Source of the DNA: Nitriliruptorales bacterium
GTDB taxonomy: Bacteria; Actinomycetota; Nitriliruptoria; Nitriliruptorales; JAHWKO01
Direction of reading: 5' to 3'
Length of the DNA stretch: 64,000 nt
Assembly (NCBI GenBank): GCA_046263195.1
Contig: JBHELG010000040.1
Coordinates: forward strand, 1,186 to 65,185
Shown: positions 8,732-19,793 of the stretch, in pieces
How positions within the stretch are numbered: position 1 is the stretch's first letter
How the letters are laid out: every line of letters begins with the position of its first letter
Notes under the pieces: generated by a model
The model's database searches: none
Seen by the model: the letters and a program-made list of their open reading frames with translations, nothing else
Told to the model about the DNA's origin: nothing
Translations under genes and position numbers: made by a program

Positions 8732-9316
8732 GTGGGATTCTCGCGTGAGCAGCTCGAGGCGGCTCGCGACCGTACGGTGCCTGACCTCGTCGGCCCGGAC
8801 CTCAGGCTGCTGTTCATCGGGATCAACCCCGGCCTGTGGACGGCTGCGGCAGGCGCCCATTTCGCACACCCGGGCAACCGCTTCTACAAAGCCCTCCATG
8901 CCGCGGGCATCATCCTGCCCGAATCCCTCGACGTCAGTGAGGGCTTCACTGAGGTCGCCGTGGCGGCCCTGCTCGACCGTGGCCTCGGGATCACGAACCT
9001 CGTTGACCGAGCCACTGCCCGAGCCGACGAGTTGACGACCGACGAGCTGCGGGAGGGCGCACGTCGCCTCGTCGAGAAGGTGGGCAGATGGCGACCGAAG
9101 GTGGCGGCGGTCGTGGGCATCACCGCCTACCGCACGGCCTTCGGTCGGGGGGATGCAGCCGTGGGCCGCCAGGAGGAGGACCTGGCCGGCGCTGAGCTGT
9201 GGGCGCTACCCAACCCGAGCGGGCTGAACGCCCACTACCGACTGATCGACCTCGCCCGCCTCTACCGCGAGGCGGCGGCCGCCGCTGGCGTCGAGCTCGG
9301 CCCCATGCGACGCTGA
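8732..9316 (+). CDS. mug: G/U mismatch-specific uracil-DNA glycosylase (Mug/TDG family)
   Basis: LLFIGINPGLWTAAAGAHFAHPGNRFYKAL and LPNPSGLN motifs. Confidence 0.85.
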   Translation: MGFSREQLEAARDRTVPDLVGPDLRLLFIGINPGLWTAAAGAHFAHPGNRFYKALHAAGIILPESLDVSEGFTEVAVAALLDRGLGITNLVDRATARADELTTDELREGARRLVEKVGRWRPKVAAVVGITAYRTAFGRGDAAVGRQEEDLAGAELWALPNPSGLNAHYRLIDLARLYREAAAAAGVELGPMRR

Positions 9317-9317
9317 C

Positions 9318-9764
9318 TCAGGCGCCGAATCCGGGGAGTCCGGGTGGCTCCTGGCGCACGGTGTCTACCGCGTGCTGGAGCGGATGCAGAAACGGGAACG
9401 CCTCGGGATCGAGCGGTTCGGACTCGCTGAACTCCCCGATCTGGCTGTCCTCGAAGGGGGCTGCCGTCACGTGTGGAGGATGCCTGCGGGCGCCATAGAC
9501 GACGAGCAGGACGTCTCCCCCGCCGACGAGCTCGGCCTCGGCGAGAAAGCCGTAGGCCGGGGTCGACGTCGCCAGGATCTCTTCGCGCGCGAGGGTGCTC
9601 ATCAAGGCGAAGCGAGCATGGTCGTCGTCTGGCCAGTCAGGGATTCGGATGAGCCGGGTCGAGTGTGGGCCTGGCAGGACGACGACCACAGGCAGTGGCC
9701 GCGGCTCGTGCGTGATGAGGTCGCGCGCCGCTTCCCGGCAGACGAACGCCAGCTCCTCGAATTG
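9318..9764 (-). CDS. hypothetical protein (no recognised domain)
   Basis: ORF 9318..9866 overlaps the ilvD 3' end. An in-frame GTG at 9764 lies just downstream of the ilvD stop and gives a 148-aa product. The ORF is convergent with mug. Confidence 0.45.
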   Translation of the reverse strand, partial: QFEELAFVCREAARDLITHEPRPLPVVVVLPGPHSTRLIRIPDWPDDDHARFALMSTLAREEILATSTPAYGFLAEAELVGGGDVLLVVYGARRHPPHVTAAPFEDSQIGEFSESEPLDPEAFPFLHPLQHAVDTVRQEPPGLPGFGA

Positions 9765-9769
9765 CACCG

Positions 9770-11452
9770 CTATCCCGAAGTCGTTGCCCCGTCCGCGGCC
9801 GACCCCACCGTACGCGCGTACTTGGCGAGCACGCCGCGGGTGTAGCGAGGCGCGGGCGGCGTCCATCCCCTGCGGCGGCTGTGCAGCACCTCCGGGTCGA
9901 CAAGCACGTCGATGCGACGGCTCGGTACGTCGATGACAACGCGGTCGCCGTCCTCCAGGAACGCGATCGGGCCCTCGTGGGCGGCCTCGGGGGCCACATG
10001 TCCGATGCAGAAGCCGCGCGTGCCGCCGCTGAAGCGCCCGTCGGTGACGAGTGCCACGCTCGACCCGAGCCCCGCCCCCTTGACCGCGGCGGTGACCGCC
10101 AGCATCTCGCGCATTCCCGGACCACCGGTCGGGCCCTCCCAGCGGATGACGATCACCTCGCCGTCTCGGATTCGGTCGGTGAGCACCGCTTCAAGCGCAT
10201 CGGACTCGTCGTCGAACACGCGAGCGGGACCGTCGAAGTGAAGCTGGTCGGAAGCCAGGCCGGCGATCTTCACCACCGCTCCGTCAGGCGCCAGGGAGCC
10301 CCGTAGGATCGCGATGCCGCCATCGGCGTGGATGGGTGCCGACAGCGGACGGATGACGTCCCCGTCCGCGCTGGGCGGGTCGAGCTCGGCAAGGTTCTCC
10401 TCCAGAGTTCTGCCGGTCACCGTCAGCGCGTCCCCGTGCAGTAGGCCGGCCTCGAGCAGCTCGCGCATGACGACCGGTACCCCGCCCACCCGGTCGAGGT
10501 CGTTCATGTGATAGCGCCCGGCGGGCTTCGTGTCAGCGAAGTGGGGCACCCGCCGCCCGATGCGATCGAAGTCGTCGAGGTGGAGATCGACGCCGGCTTC
10601 GCGGGCGATCGCAAGCAGGTGAAGCACGGCATTGGTCGACCCTCCGACCGCCATGACGACGCTGATGGCGTTCTCGAGCGCCTGCCGCGTGATGACGTCG
10701 CGTGGTGCGATGCCGGCTTCGAGCAGGCGCAGGACGGCCTCGCCGGAGTGTCGGGCGAAGTCGTCACGGCGAGGATCTGTGGCGGGGGGCGAGGACGAGC
10801 CAGGCAGTGCCATGCCGAGCGCCTCGATGGCCGAGGCCATGGTGTTCGCGGTGAACATGCCGGCGCACGCGCCCTCGCCCGGGCACGCATTGCGCTCGAT
10901 GGCGCTCAGCTCCTCCGCGCTGAGGTTCCCCCGAGCATGAGCCCCGACCGCCTCGAACACGTCCACGATGTTGAGGTCCTGACCATCGAGCCAACCCGGA
11001 AGGATCGAGCCGCCGTAGAGGAACACGGACGGGATGTTGAGACGCGCGGCGGCCATGACCATGCCGGGCAGGGACTTGTCGCACCCGGCGAAAGTGACGA
11101 TCCCGTCGAGCCGTTCGGCGTGCACGACGAGCTCGACCGAATCTGCGATCACCTCCCGGGATACGAGCGATGCGCGCATCCCCTCGTGACCCATCGATAT
11201 CCCGTCGCTGACCGCGATGGTGACGAACTCGAGGGGAAAGCCGCCGGCCTCCTTCACTCCGAGCTTCGCCTGCTTCGCCAGCCGGTCTAGAGGGAGATTG
11301 CAGGGCGTGACTTCATTCCACGACGAAGCGATCCCAACCTGAGGTTTCGTGAAGTCCTCGTCGGTCATGCCGACCGCCCTGAGCATTGCGCGGGCGGGGG
11401 CGCGCTCAAAGCCCTCGGTCACCTCGCGGCTGCGGTGACGTGGATCAGCCAT
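9770..11452 (-). CDS. ilvD: dihydroxy-acid dehydratase
   Basis: 560 aa: [52 protein letters not shown]. Confidence 0.95.
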   Translation of the reverse strand: MADPRHRSREVTEGFERAPARAMLRAVGMTDEDFTKPQVGIASSWNEVTPCNLPLDRLAKQAKLGVKEAGGFPLEFVTIAVSDGISMGHEGMRASLVSREVIADSVELVVHAERLDGIVTFAGCDKSLPGMVMAAARLNIPSVFLYGGSILPGWLDGQDLNIVDVFEAVGAHARGNLSAEELSAIERNACPGEGACAGMFTANTMASAIEALGMALPGSSSPPATDPRRDDFARHSGEAVLRLLEAGIAPRDVITRQALENAISVVMAVGGSTNAVLHLLAIAREAGVDLHLDDFDRIGRRVPHFADTKPAGRYHMNDLDRVGGVPVVMRELLEAGLLHGDALTVTGRTLEENLAELDPPSADGDVIRPLSAPIHADGGIAILRGSLAPDGAVVKIAGLASDQLHFDGPARVFDDESDALEAVLTDRIRDGEVIVIRWEGPTGGPGMREMLAVTAAVKGAGLGSSVALVTDGRFSGGTRGFCIGHVAPEAAHEGPIAFLEDGDRVVIDVPSRRIDVLVDPEVLHSRRRGWTPPAPRYTRGVLAKYARTVGSAADGATTSG

Positions 11453-11559
11453 CGTGACTCCTGACCTCGAGGGTGGGACAGGTTAGTCGCCGCCCTGCAG
11501 TTCGCGTCCAGGCCTCGACGAGTGCTCACCTGCAAGGGGCTGTCCCCGTCGGGCCAAAC

Positions 11560-12712
11560 TCAACGGCCCCTCGGCGGATCGCGCCCGGTGAACAAGCCGC
11601 CCTGACCATCCCGTTCGGTCTTGTCGCGGTGGTGGGGGCGGCAGCGGGCTTCGAGCTTGTGGTAGGAGGTGGGCCCGCGGTGCGCGAGGGGGTCCTCGTG
11701 GTCCCATTCCAGGCCGTGCCGGCGTCCACAGCCCTCCTCCATACAGGTGGCGCCGTCGAGGTCGGGCGGTCGCCCCAGCTCCAGGGCGGTGCGCACTTCG
11801 GCGGGGATGTGGCGGCCGAAGTGCTTCACCTTCGTGATTTCACATCCATCGATCAGCACGCCTTTGAGGAAGGCGTCGGAGGCGATGCGCCGGACAACGT
11901 TGACCGGTAGCGGGGCGACTCCGGGATATGGCAGCGCTCGCCATCCTCGGCCTGCCCGCGGCGCAGGGCATCGAGGTCGACCACGACCACAACATCCGCC
12001 CGCGAGTGGCGGCAACTGCCCTGCCCAGACAGCAGTGACACGAGGGCATCGGCGGCATACGCCGCTCGGGCCTCCCGGCCTCCCTGCTGCCAGGCGTTGC
12101 GGTATGCGCGGTCGGTGAGGGCGTCGATGCGGTTGACCAGAGGGGTGCCGACCTCGGGTGGCAGGCGGAAGCGCCCCGCCACCATGCCCTCGTCGTCCAC
12201 CCAATGGTGGAACTCCCGGGCCCGGTGCTGACGCTCGTGCAGGGCCTCGCGGTCGACCTCTGCGTTGAGACGTACCCGCCGGACCTGGTCCTTCAGACTG
12301 CGCCAGTCAGCCTGCTCGGCCACCTCCAACAGGTCGCCCTCGGCGGAGGGTCGACCGCCGCGGCCTTGGCCACCTCAGCGGCCTGGGCCTGTGAGATGCG
12401 CCCCGCCGCAAACGCCTCCCGAGTGGCGGCAAGCCCCTCGATGGCCTCGGCCGTCTCGATCAGCTCGCCGGCCTGCTGGGGCTGGTGCCCAACATCCTGG
12501 CCAGCCACTGCGCCCCCGACGCATGCCCCCCGGGCCCGATAGGTGCCGCACTCTTCCACCCTCATAGCTGCCCTGACAGGGGTTGCGGCGCACACCTTCT
12601 CCTGAGCCAGAGTCTCGACCAGCTCCAGCGCCTCCGACCCCGACAGGCCCCCGGGATCGCAGTCCGCCAGCGCCCGCCGCAGCTCCCGGGCCGTGTTAGC
12701 AGTCCTCATCAC
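11560..12712 (-). pseudogene. DUF222/HNH endonuclease (13E12-repeat type) gene broken by two frameshifts
   Basis: The gene is spread over three minus-strand frames. The DUF222 N-terminus is in 12293..12712 and the middle part in 11853..12329 (ends ...GERCHIP). The HNH C-terminus is in 11560..12204 (GVAPLPVNVVRRIASDAFLKGVLIDG...EEGCGRRHGLEWDHEDP...CRPHHRDKT). Confidence 0.75.
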
Positions 12713-12933
12713 GATCCGATCATACGTTCGGGGTACGACAGAAGGATGCGGGAAGATCAGTGGGCTGTGGAAAAACCAACTGCTACTCGAAGACGCTGCT
12801 GCTCCCTCCGCCCGCCGATGGCCGCTCTTGTCCCGTAGTCGCGCCTCTTTCGTCGTAGGCGACCGGACTTGATCAATTGCGGCGATGGCGACCGCTGGTA
12901 GGGGCGCCTAGTGCTGCGGGAGTCCCCACAGGA

Positions 12934-14826
12934 TCAGCGCCAGCGCGCCCTCCCGGTGCGCACGTGACAGTCACCGAGAAGCGTCGCACCGACCACCTCC
13001 CCGAGGAGGGGTTGGAGGAAGGGCACGCTCAGCTGGCGGACGCGGGCTGGCCGTTGCGCGGCCGGCTCCGCCCGGACAGAAACGTCGGCCAGCCGAGCAC
13101 CACGCGAGACGACCGCCCGACTCCGTCGCTGAGCGCCGGATGCCGGGGGCGCGTCCGGGTCCTCCTCGACAACGAGCTGCACCGAACCGGCCGAGCCACG
13201 GGCCATCCAGCCACCGCCCGCCGAGCGCATCTCCAGCTGGACCCGAGAAAGCTGAAATTCGGTGAGCCAGTGTGTTGCGGCAGCGGTCAGCGTCCCATCG
13301 GCCCAACCGCGCAGGAAGGTCACCCTTTCTTCCAAATCATCGAGATCTTCCTCCCGCACAGGGACGCTGAGCACGATGATGGGCGTCGGAGGCAGTCCGA
13401 GCCAGCCGGGTAGCCCCAAGGGGCGGGCGGCTTCCGTTACACCACCGAGGATCGAGAGGATTGTTCGTCCCTGCAATGCACGGGGTTCGAGACCGGGGGG
13501 GAGCAGAGCGGCGAGGCGGTCGCGGTCCACGGTGACGTCGACAACCACGGCATGGCGTATCCGGGCCTGGAACGGAATCGGATGGAGAGGCACGAGGGTT
13601 CGCACGGCGCGGCGGACCTTCATTTCGAGCGCCGGTTCGGCGCGGCGTGAAACCGCCAGCTGCCAACCGAATCCCAGCGAGAACGCAACGAACAGGCCGA
13701 TGCTCGTCCCCACCACCAGAGCAAGCCCGCCCGGCGCGATGAGCAGGAGCACACCGCTCGCGAGCGCCGCGAGGAAGGCACCCAGGCCGAACAGCCGCAC
13801 GAGGGGATGAAGCCGTTGACCGGCGGCCCGGACGAGGGCGAGCCCCACGACCCCGTACACGGCGTTGCCTGCGAGCGCGCTGAGCCCGAGAGCGGTGCGC
13901 TCCACCGCGACGAATAGGGCCGGCTGTCCGGCGGCCGCTTGCGGCGCGAGCGCCGGGAGTGCGCCTGCTAGCAGGGCGACCGCGACGAGATCAGCCGCCA
14001 CAGCCACTCCGACGGCGGCGATGGCGACCGGCCGCCAGTGAGGATGGGCCAGCTCGGCGAGCAGGACGAGAACGGCGAGCAGCCCAAGGCTGGCCACGCC
14101 CCAGGTCGCCCAACCCAACGACCACCCCGCACCTGCACGTACCACGGCCCCCGCTCGCATCACGACGGGCCCGGCCCCGGCGGAGCCGTCGGACAGCACG
14201 GTCAGGGTGAGCACCGAAGCGACAACGTTCGCGATGGCGGCAGCCCAGGCCAGGTAGGTGCCAGGCCCGGAAGCTCGCACGAGCCGTCCGAAGGCGACGA
14301 TGGCATCCCGCTCCGCCACCATGGCCCAACCAGCAAGGCCAAGAGCAGCCCCGGCAACGCCGGCTGCGGGCACGGACCATTGCAGCTGGCTGAGCAGAAG
14401 GTCTGGCAGCCCGTGTCCGACTCGCAACTCGACCGGAGCGAGGACGTGGGGGAAGATCGACACTCCCACCGCCGTGACCGCAGCGGCGATGCAGCCCACC
14501 GCCGCACCCTGCGTGAGGGGCCGCAGCCGACGGTGACGGGCCACCAGCTGCCGCGACCACGGCCCGTGACGACGAATTCTCTTGACGGGGTAGACCGGCA
14601 AGGGATGGCGGGATGTCGCCGGGTCCGGGGCGAGCGGAAGCAGTCGGGGGCCGACGATTGCGGTGGTCAAACCCCCGAGGATGGCGACCCCGAGCACCCC
14701 CGACCAGCGTACGGTGAGCACGTCCGGAGCTGCGAGGTGGGGGCCGATGAGTGCGGCGAGGAGCATGCCGAGCGACCCGGCGAGGAGCCACCAGGCGTCG
14801 TGACGCAGTCGTGCGGCAGTTCCCAC
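12934..14826 (-). CDS. polytopic membrane protein with ~230-aa C-terminal soluble domain (DUF2071/acetoacetate-decarboxylase-like?)
   Basis: 630-aa ORF with at least 10 Ala/Leu/Gly-rich hydrophobic segments. The C-terminal region (IPFQARIRHAVVVDVTVDRDRLAALLPPGLEP...) resembles DUF2071-type domains, but this is from memory only. Start codon uncertain. Confidence 0.55.
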   Translation of the reverse strand: MGTAARLRHDAWWLLAGSLGMLLAALIGPHLAAPDVLTVRWSGVLGVAILGGLTTAIVGPRLLPLAPDPATSRHPLPVYPVKRIRRHGPWSRQLVARHRRLRPLTQGAAVGCIAAAVTAVGVSIFPHVLAPVELRVGHGLPDLLLSQLQWSVPAAGVAGAALGLAGWAMVAERDAIVAFGRLVRASGPGTYLAWAAAIANVVASVLTLTVLSDGSAGAGPVVMRAGAVVRAGAGWSLGWATWGVASLGLLAVLVLLAELAHPHWRPVAIAAVGVAVAADLVAVALLAGALPALAPQAAAGQPALFVAVERTALGLSALAGNAVYGVVGLALVRAAGQRLHPLVRLFGLGAFLAALASGVLLLIAPGGLALVVGTSIGLFVAFSLGFGWQLAVSRRAEPALEMKVRRAVRTLVPLHPIPFQARIRHAVVVDVTVDRDRLAALLPPGLEPRALQGRTILSILGGVTEAARPLGLPGWLGLPPTPIIVLSVPVREEDLDDLEERVTFLRGWADGTLTAAATHWLTEFQLSRVQLEMRSAGGGWMARGSAGSVQLVVEEDPDAPPASGAQRRSRAVVSRGARLADVSVRAEPAAQRPARVRQLSVPFLQPLLGEVVGATLLGDCHVRTGRARWR

Positions 14827-14880
14827 GCCTCCTCCTTGCCTTGCGCCGTCGAGGAACGCCAGCGGCGCTGCCGTCAGTGG

Positions 14881-15870
14881 TCAGATCAGTTCGGCCACGA
14901 CTTCCCGCTCCTCTTCCAGTTCGCGTACCGAGACCTGGATCTTCTCCTGGGCGAACTCGGAGAAGGGGAGATCTTGGACGATCTCGTAGTTGCCCTTGCC
15001 GTCGGTACGGACCGGAAAGCTGCAGATCAGGCCCTCTGGGACGCCGTAGGAGCCGTCGGAGGGCACCGCCATCGAGACCCAATCATCGTCCCGCGTGGGC
15101 CGCCCGCCGAGCCAAGCTCCAACATGGTCCACGAGGGCACTCGCAGCAGATAACGCGGAGGATTGACCGCGAGCCTCGATGATCGCCGTACCCCGCTCCT
15201 GCACCGTGGGGATGAAGTCGCGCTCGAACCAGTCGTCGTCGCCTATGACCTCGCGGGCCCAAGCCCCATCAATCCTGGCATGCTCGAAGTCGGGAAACTG
15301 CGTGGCACTGTGATTACCCCACACGGCAAGGTTCGAGATGTCCGCGGCTCCGACCCCAGCCTTTGCGGCGAGCTGCGCCACAGCGCGGTTGTGGTCGAGG
15401 CGGGTCATCGCGCTGAAGCGCTCTGGCGGGATGGTCCTGGCGTTGCTCAGGGCTATGAGGCAGTTCGTGTTGGCCGGATTTCCGACCACCGCGACTCGCA
15501 CATCGTCAGCGGCTACGGCGGCAAGAGCCTCTCCCTGAGCTTTGAAGATGGGGCCGTTGTCCTTGATGAGGTCTCGGCGGGCCTGACCCTTGCCGCGAGG
15601 CTTGGCCCCGACCAGCAGGGCGAGGTTTGCGTCCCTGAATCCCTCCTCGGGGTCATCCGTGATGATCAGGTCGGTCAGGAGTGGAAAAGCGCAATCTGCG
15701 AGCTCCATCGCGACGCCGTGGAGAGGGCCCAAGGCGATGGGAAGCTCGATCAGCTGAAGGACAACTGGGAGGTCGTCACCGAACATCTCACCCGAGGCAA
15801 TGCGGGGAAGGAGGGCATACCCGATGGCGCCCGCTGCACCGGTGACCGCGACGCGGACGGGGTGTGCCAT
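14881..15870 (-). CDS. mdh: malate dehydrogenase (NAD)
   Basis: 329 aa. [28 protein letters not shown]-terminus and GNPANTNC, typical of the cytosolic-type MDH family. Confidence 0.92.
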   Translation of the reverse strand: MAHPVRVAVTGAAGAIGYALLPRIASGEMFGDDLPVVLQLIELPIALGPLHGVAMELADCAFPLLTDLIITDDPEEGFRDANLALLVGAKPRGKGQARRDLIKDNGPIFKAQGEALAAVAADDVRVAVVGNPANTNCLIALSNARTIPPERFSAMTRLDHNRAVAQLAAKAGVGAADISNLAVWGNHSATQFPDFEHARIDGAWAREVIGDDDWFERDFIPTVQERGTAIIEARGQSSALSAASALVDHVGAWLGGRPTRDDDWVSMAVPSDGSYGVPEGLICSFPVRTDGKGNYEIVQDLPFSEFAQEKIQVSVRELEEEREVVAELI

Positions 15871-15959
15871 CTCCGTTACTCCTCAGCGCGGGGTGGGGCG
15901 ATGCGACCGGTCGGATCAGCCTAGGTCGCTGTTGTCGTCAGTGATAGCGGGGGACCGGC

Positions 15960-16487
15960 TCATAGGGGGCCGCCACCACGAGGTTCCGGGAACGTTGCCG
16001 ACCGCCCGGGGGTTGCCTGCGCGCCGTCGACGACTTCCCGGCTGCCCAGGGGGTGATCGAGCTCGATGCGCGTCGACTTCTGCACGGCGAGCTCGATGCA
16101 GGCGAGGTCCTGGGCGGCGGGGTCGTGACCCTCGAAGAGGGTGATCGTCACCGACGCTGCACTCTCCACGACAGCAACGTGGTCGAGCACGTAGCAGGGC
16201 TCTACGCCTGACCACCACAAGACTCGAACCGTGATCCCATCGCCCTCAGGTGTGGCTGACTCGAAAGGCACCGGGCGCAGGTCGGCCATACCCGGACGTG
16301 GCCTGACATTCTGCGCTCCCGATGGTTGTGCCGGAGGGAACGCACAGGGCTCTGTGGTGGCGCACGAGGTCGGTTGCTCCGGGTCGGGGCGCGAGCTTCT
16401 TGACGTCATCCCGCCGCAACTTGCGACGAGCAGCGTCAGGGCGGCAAGGACGACCGATGACCGTGGCACGGCTTCCCCTCCTGTCAC
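15960..16487 (-). CDS. putative lipoprotein, unknown function
   Basis: Signal peptide with lipobox (LTLLVASCGG). Confidence 0.55.
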   Translation of the reverse strand: MTGGEAVPRSSVVLAALTLLVASCGGMTSRSSRPDPEQPTSCATTEPCAFPPAQPSGAQNVRPRPGMADLRPVPFESATPEGDGITVRVLWWSGVEPCYVLDHVAVVESAASVTITLFEGHDPAAQDLACIELAVQKSTRIELDHPLGSREVVDGAQATPGRSATFPEPRGGGPL

Positions 16488-16565
16488 GACGCAGCGTGAC
16501 CGAGAACCGGGTTTCGCGCCTTGGCTTGCTTCCAGCGTACGTGGGTTGTGCTGATCGGCCTGCTT

Positions 16566-17471
16566 CTAGGGCACGTGCGCTGTCGTGATCGCTTCCAAGG
16601 GTCGGCGCGGCAAGCCATTCTGGGCACGGGCCGCTTCGAGCGTGTTCTGCAGCAGCATCGCGATGGTCATCTGCCCGACGCCACCTGGCACTGGTGTGAT
16701 GGCGCCCGCCACCCTCGAGACGTCCTCGAATGCGACATCCCCCGTCAATGTGCCATCGGGTAGACGGTTCACGCCCACATCGATCACGACTGCTCCCGGT
16801 TTCACCCACGTGCTGGTCACGAGCCGGGGGATCCCAACCGCGACGACGAGCACGTCGGCGCGGGCGCATTCCTCGCGCAGGTCCACGGTACGCGAATGGG
16901 TTTGCACGACGGTGGCATCGATTCCCTTGAGGCTGAGGAGGACCGCAAGCGGCCGGCCAACGAGGATCGAACGGCCCACAATGACGACCCGAGCTCCTTT
17001 CAGATCGACTTGTGCGTCGCGCAGTATCTCGAGCACGCCGTAGGGCGTGCAGGGGATGAAGGTCGGAGTGCCCCGCAGCAGACGCCCTCCGTTGACGGGA
17101 TGGAGTCCGTCGACGTCCTTGTCGGGATCTAGGCGCTCCTGCACGTGTTCGGGATTGAGCAGGGGAGGCAGCGGCAGCTGCACGAGGATCCCGTGGATGG
17201 CAGGATCGGCGTTCAACTCCTCGATGGTCGAATCGAGCTGCTCGGGCCTCGTAGACGAGGGCAGCTTGATCTGCCGGCTGTACATCCCGACCGCCTCACA
17301 GGCGCGGTGCTTGTTGTCCACATAGATGCGTGAAGCCGGGTCGTCACCCACCAGAACTGCGGCGAGCCCAGGCAGAATGCGATGCTCGATCCGCAGCTTC
17401 GCTGTCTCCTCGGCTATGCGCTCCCGCAGCCGCCGCGCGAGCGCCCTTCCGTCGAGGATGTTGGCAGGCAC
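16566..17471 (-). CDS. folD: bifunctional methylenetetrahydrofolate dehydrogenase/methenyl-THF cyclohydrolase
   Basis: 301 aa with a GTG start: ILDGRALA, VGDDPASRIYV, PGGVGQMTIAMLLQNT. Confidence 0.93.
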   Translation of the reverse strand: MPANILDGRALARRLRERIAEETAKLRIEHRILPGLAAVLVGDDPASRIYVDNKHRACEAVGMYSRQIKLPSSTRPEQLDSTIEELNADPAIHGILVQLPLPPLLNPEHVQERLDPDKDVDGLHPVNGGRLLRGTPTFIPCTPYGVLEILRDAQVDLKGARVVIVGRSILVGRPLAVLLSLKGIDATVVQTHSRTVDLREECARADVLVVAVGIPRLVTSTWVKPGAVVIDVGVNRLPDGTLTGDVAFEDVSRVAGAITPVPGGVGQMTIAMLLQNTLEAARAQNGLPRRPLEAITTAHVP

Positions 17472-17652
17472 GGCGCCTCCTGTCTCCTCCCCGAGTTTAT
17501 GGAGGCCCCTGGTCCAGTACCGCCTCCGGTTGCAGCGACCCGACGGTGATTCCTCCCGGTTTCCGCTACGTGGGCTTCAGCGCGAATGCTCACGCGATCG
17601 GGACGTCTCCACATACCGGACCGTATTGCTCGTCGCGGTGCCATCGGCCGAT

Positions 17653-18057
17653 CTATAGGTCGTTCGGCGAGTCAGGAGCATTTCGCCGATCGATGTACTC
17701 GAACCTCGAGCCATCGGGGTGTCGTGCGACGAGGTTGCGGCCTGAGGCGGCGTCGTGAGGGCCGGACACGATCTCTCCCCCGAATTCGCGTACCACGTCC
17801 GCAACGTCGTCAATGTCGTCGACGAGAATTGTGGCGTTCACCCAAGTGAGGGCGACGAGCGCGGCGGGGGCGCCTGACAGCAGCAGGAAACCGCCGATCC
17901 GGGCGAGAGAGACCTGCCCATAGGCGAATCGTTCCGCTACCTCGCCGGTCAGCGCCTCGTAGAAGGAGACGGCATCGTCGAGGTCCTCAACGACCACCCG
18001 AACAGTGATGCCCCTGATGGCCATGTAATCAGGTCCTCCCGCAGGCCACGGCTCCAA
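17653..18057 (-). CDS. VOC/glyoxalase-family protein
   Basis: 134 aa with a single VOC-like module (ITVRVVVEDLDDAVSFYEALTG...). Confidence 0.6.
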   Translation of the reverse strand: MEPWPAGGPDYMAIRGITVRVVVEDLDDAVSFYEALTGEVAERFAYGQVSLARIGGFLLLSGAPAALVALTWVNATILVDDIDDVADVVREFGGEIVSGPHDAASGRNLVARHPDGSRFEYIDRRNAPDSPNDL

Positions 18058-18126
18058 CTCCCCCTATTCATCCCGCCCACCTCCGCCGCGGTCCGCAGGC
18101 CCGAGACCGCGGCTCCGATCTCCCAT

Positions 18127-19782
18127 CTAATGACGGAAGTGCCGTCGACCCGTGAAGACCATGGGGATTCCGTGTTCGTCCGTGGCCGCGGTCACCTCGG
18201 AGTCGCGCACCGACCCCCCAGGCTGCACGATGGCAGTCACCCCCGCGGCTGCGGCCACGTCTGGACCGTCCCTGAAGGGGAAGAAGGCGTCGCTGGCGAG
18301 AACCGCTCCGGCGGCCCGTCCCTCCGATTTCGTGACGGCCAAGTGAACCGCGTCGACCCGGCTCATCTGGCCGGCTCCCACCCCGACCACCTGCCGGTCC
18401 TTGGCAAGCACTATCGCATTCGACTTCACGTGCTTGCATACCTGCCATGCGAAGAGGAGCTCTCCGAACGCGTCGGCGCTCGGAGTGACCCTGCCGGCCA
18501 CCTTCCAGTCTGCGACGGAGTCCCGCCCAGCGTCCGCGTCCTGAACCAGGAGCCCGCCCTGAATGGAGCGCATGACGAGCGGGGGAGCGCTGGCCCCTGC
18601 CGCGTCCCGCCCGCCCGGCGGCTTCGCCGCCAACCCGTCGGGATCATCGCGCAGCACGGCGATAGCGGGACGGGTGATCTTGAGCAGGCGGAGGCCCTGT
18701 TTGCGGCGGAGCACCTCGAGCGCCTCATCCCTGTAACCGGGAGCGACGACCACCTCGGTGAATACCCCAGCGATGGCCTCGGCGGTGGGCCCGTCGACAG
18801 GACGATTCACGGCCACAATTCCGCCGAAGGCGGATAACGTGTCGCCTTCGACCGCCCGCCGGTAGGCGCTGACCAGGTCCTCCTCCCGTCCGTGCGGGGC
18901 GAGGGCAACACCGGCCGGATTCATGTGCTTGACGATGGCCACGCAGGGCTCGTCGAAGTCGCCCACCAGCTCCCAGGCCGCGTCGGCGTCGAGCAAATTG
19001 TTGTAGGACAATTCTTTTCCCTGGAGCTGGAAAGCGCTCGAGAGTCCCGTGCTTCCTCCCGCGAGGTCGATGTAGTGGGCTGCACGCTGGTGCGGGTTCT
19101 CGCCGTAGCGCAGCGTCCGCACGCGGCGGTAGACGGGCCCAAGTTGGCCGGGGAAGGGCTCGTCACGCTGGAACCAGGCTGCTATCGCCGCGTCGTAGGC
19201 CGCGGTGTGCTGGAACGCCTTTGAGGCCAGACGATGACGGGCCTCCCCGGTCAAGCCCCCGCCGGAGCGCAGCTCGGCGAGTAGCCAGCCATAGTCATCC
19301 GGGTCGACGACCACTCCAACCGAGGAGTGGTTCTTCGCGGCCGCACGCAGCAGGGTCGGGCCCCCGATGTCGATCATCTCGACGATCTCCGCACTCGAGC
19401 CGCCTGCGGCCATCGTCTCCCGGAAGGGATAGAGGTTGCAAACGACGAGGTCGATGGGCGGGATTCCGAGGGCTTCGAGCTCGGCCTCGTGGGCGGGCTT
19501 GTACCGGTCGGCGAGGATGCCGGCATGGACACGTGGATGGAGGGTCTTGACCCGACCTTCGAGGCACTCGGGAAAGCCAGTCACCTCGGCCACCTCGGTG
19601 ACCGGCACGTCGCCTGCCGCGATCGTCGCGGCCGTGCTGCCCGTGGAGACTATGGCCACGTCCAACTCGTGGAGACCTGCAGCGAGTTCGGCGAGGCCCG
19701 ACTTGTCGTAGACGCTGACGAGCGCCCGCCTGACCGCACGAAGCCCGCTTAGCTGCACGTGATTGGAGCCGGGGAGGGTCAC
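18127..19782 (-). CDS. purH: bifunctional AICAR formyltransferase / IMP cyclohydrolase
   Basis: MGS-like N-terminus ([13 protein letters not shown]), AICARFT domain, and the family-typical C-terminus FTGRRHFRH. Confidence 0.95.
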   Translation of the reverse strand: MTLPGSNHVQLSGLRAVRRALVSVYDKSGLAELAAGLHELDVAIVSTGSTAATIAAGDVPVTEVAEVTGFPECLEGRVKTLHPRVHAGILADRYKPAHEAELEALGIPPIDLVVCNLYPFRETMAAGGSSAEIVEMIDIGGPTLLRAAAKNHSSVGVVVDPDDYGWLLAELRSGGGLTGEARHRLASKAFQHTAAYDAAIAAWFQRDEPFPGQLGPVYRRVRTLRYGENPHQRAAHYIDLAGGSTGLSSAFQLQGKELSYNNLLDADAAWELVGDFDEPCVAIVKHMNPAGVALAPHGREEDLVSAYRRAVEGDTLSAFGGIVAVNRPVDGPTAEAIAGVFTEVVVAPGYRDEALEVLRRKQGLRLLKITRPAIAVLRDDPDGLAAKPPGGRDAAGASAPPLVMRSIQGGLLVQDADAGRDSVADWKVAGRVTPSADAFGELLFAWQVCKHVKSNAIVLAKDRQVVGVGAGQMSRVDAVHLAVTKSEGRAAGAVLASDAFFPFRDGPDVAAAAGVTAIVQPGGSVRDSEVTAATDEHGIPMVFTGRRHFRH

Positions 19783-19793
19783 GCGCGGTCTCC

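Noticed and set aside
17472-17652. ZTP (pfl) riboswitch upstream of folD
   Set aside because: I read the minus-strand leader and found a GGGUCGC string and a GGAGGC/GCCUCC hairpin. There is no GACUGGCG and no CCGCCUGGGC element, so a call is not supportable by eye. It should still be scanned with RF01750.
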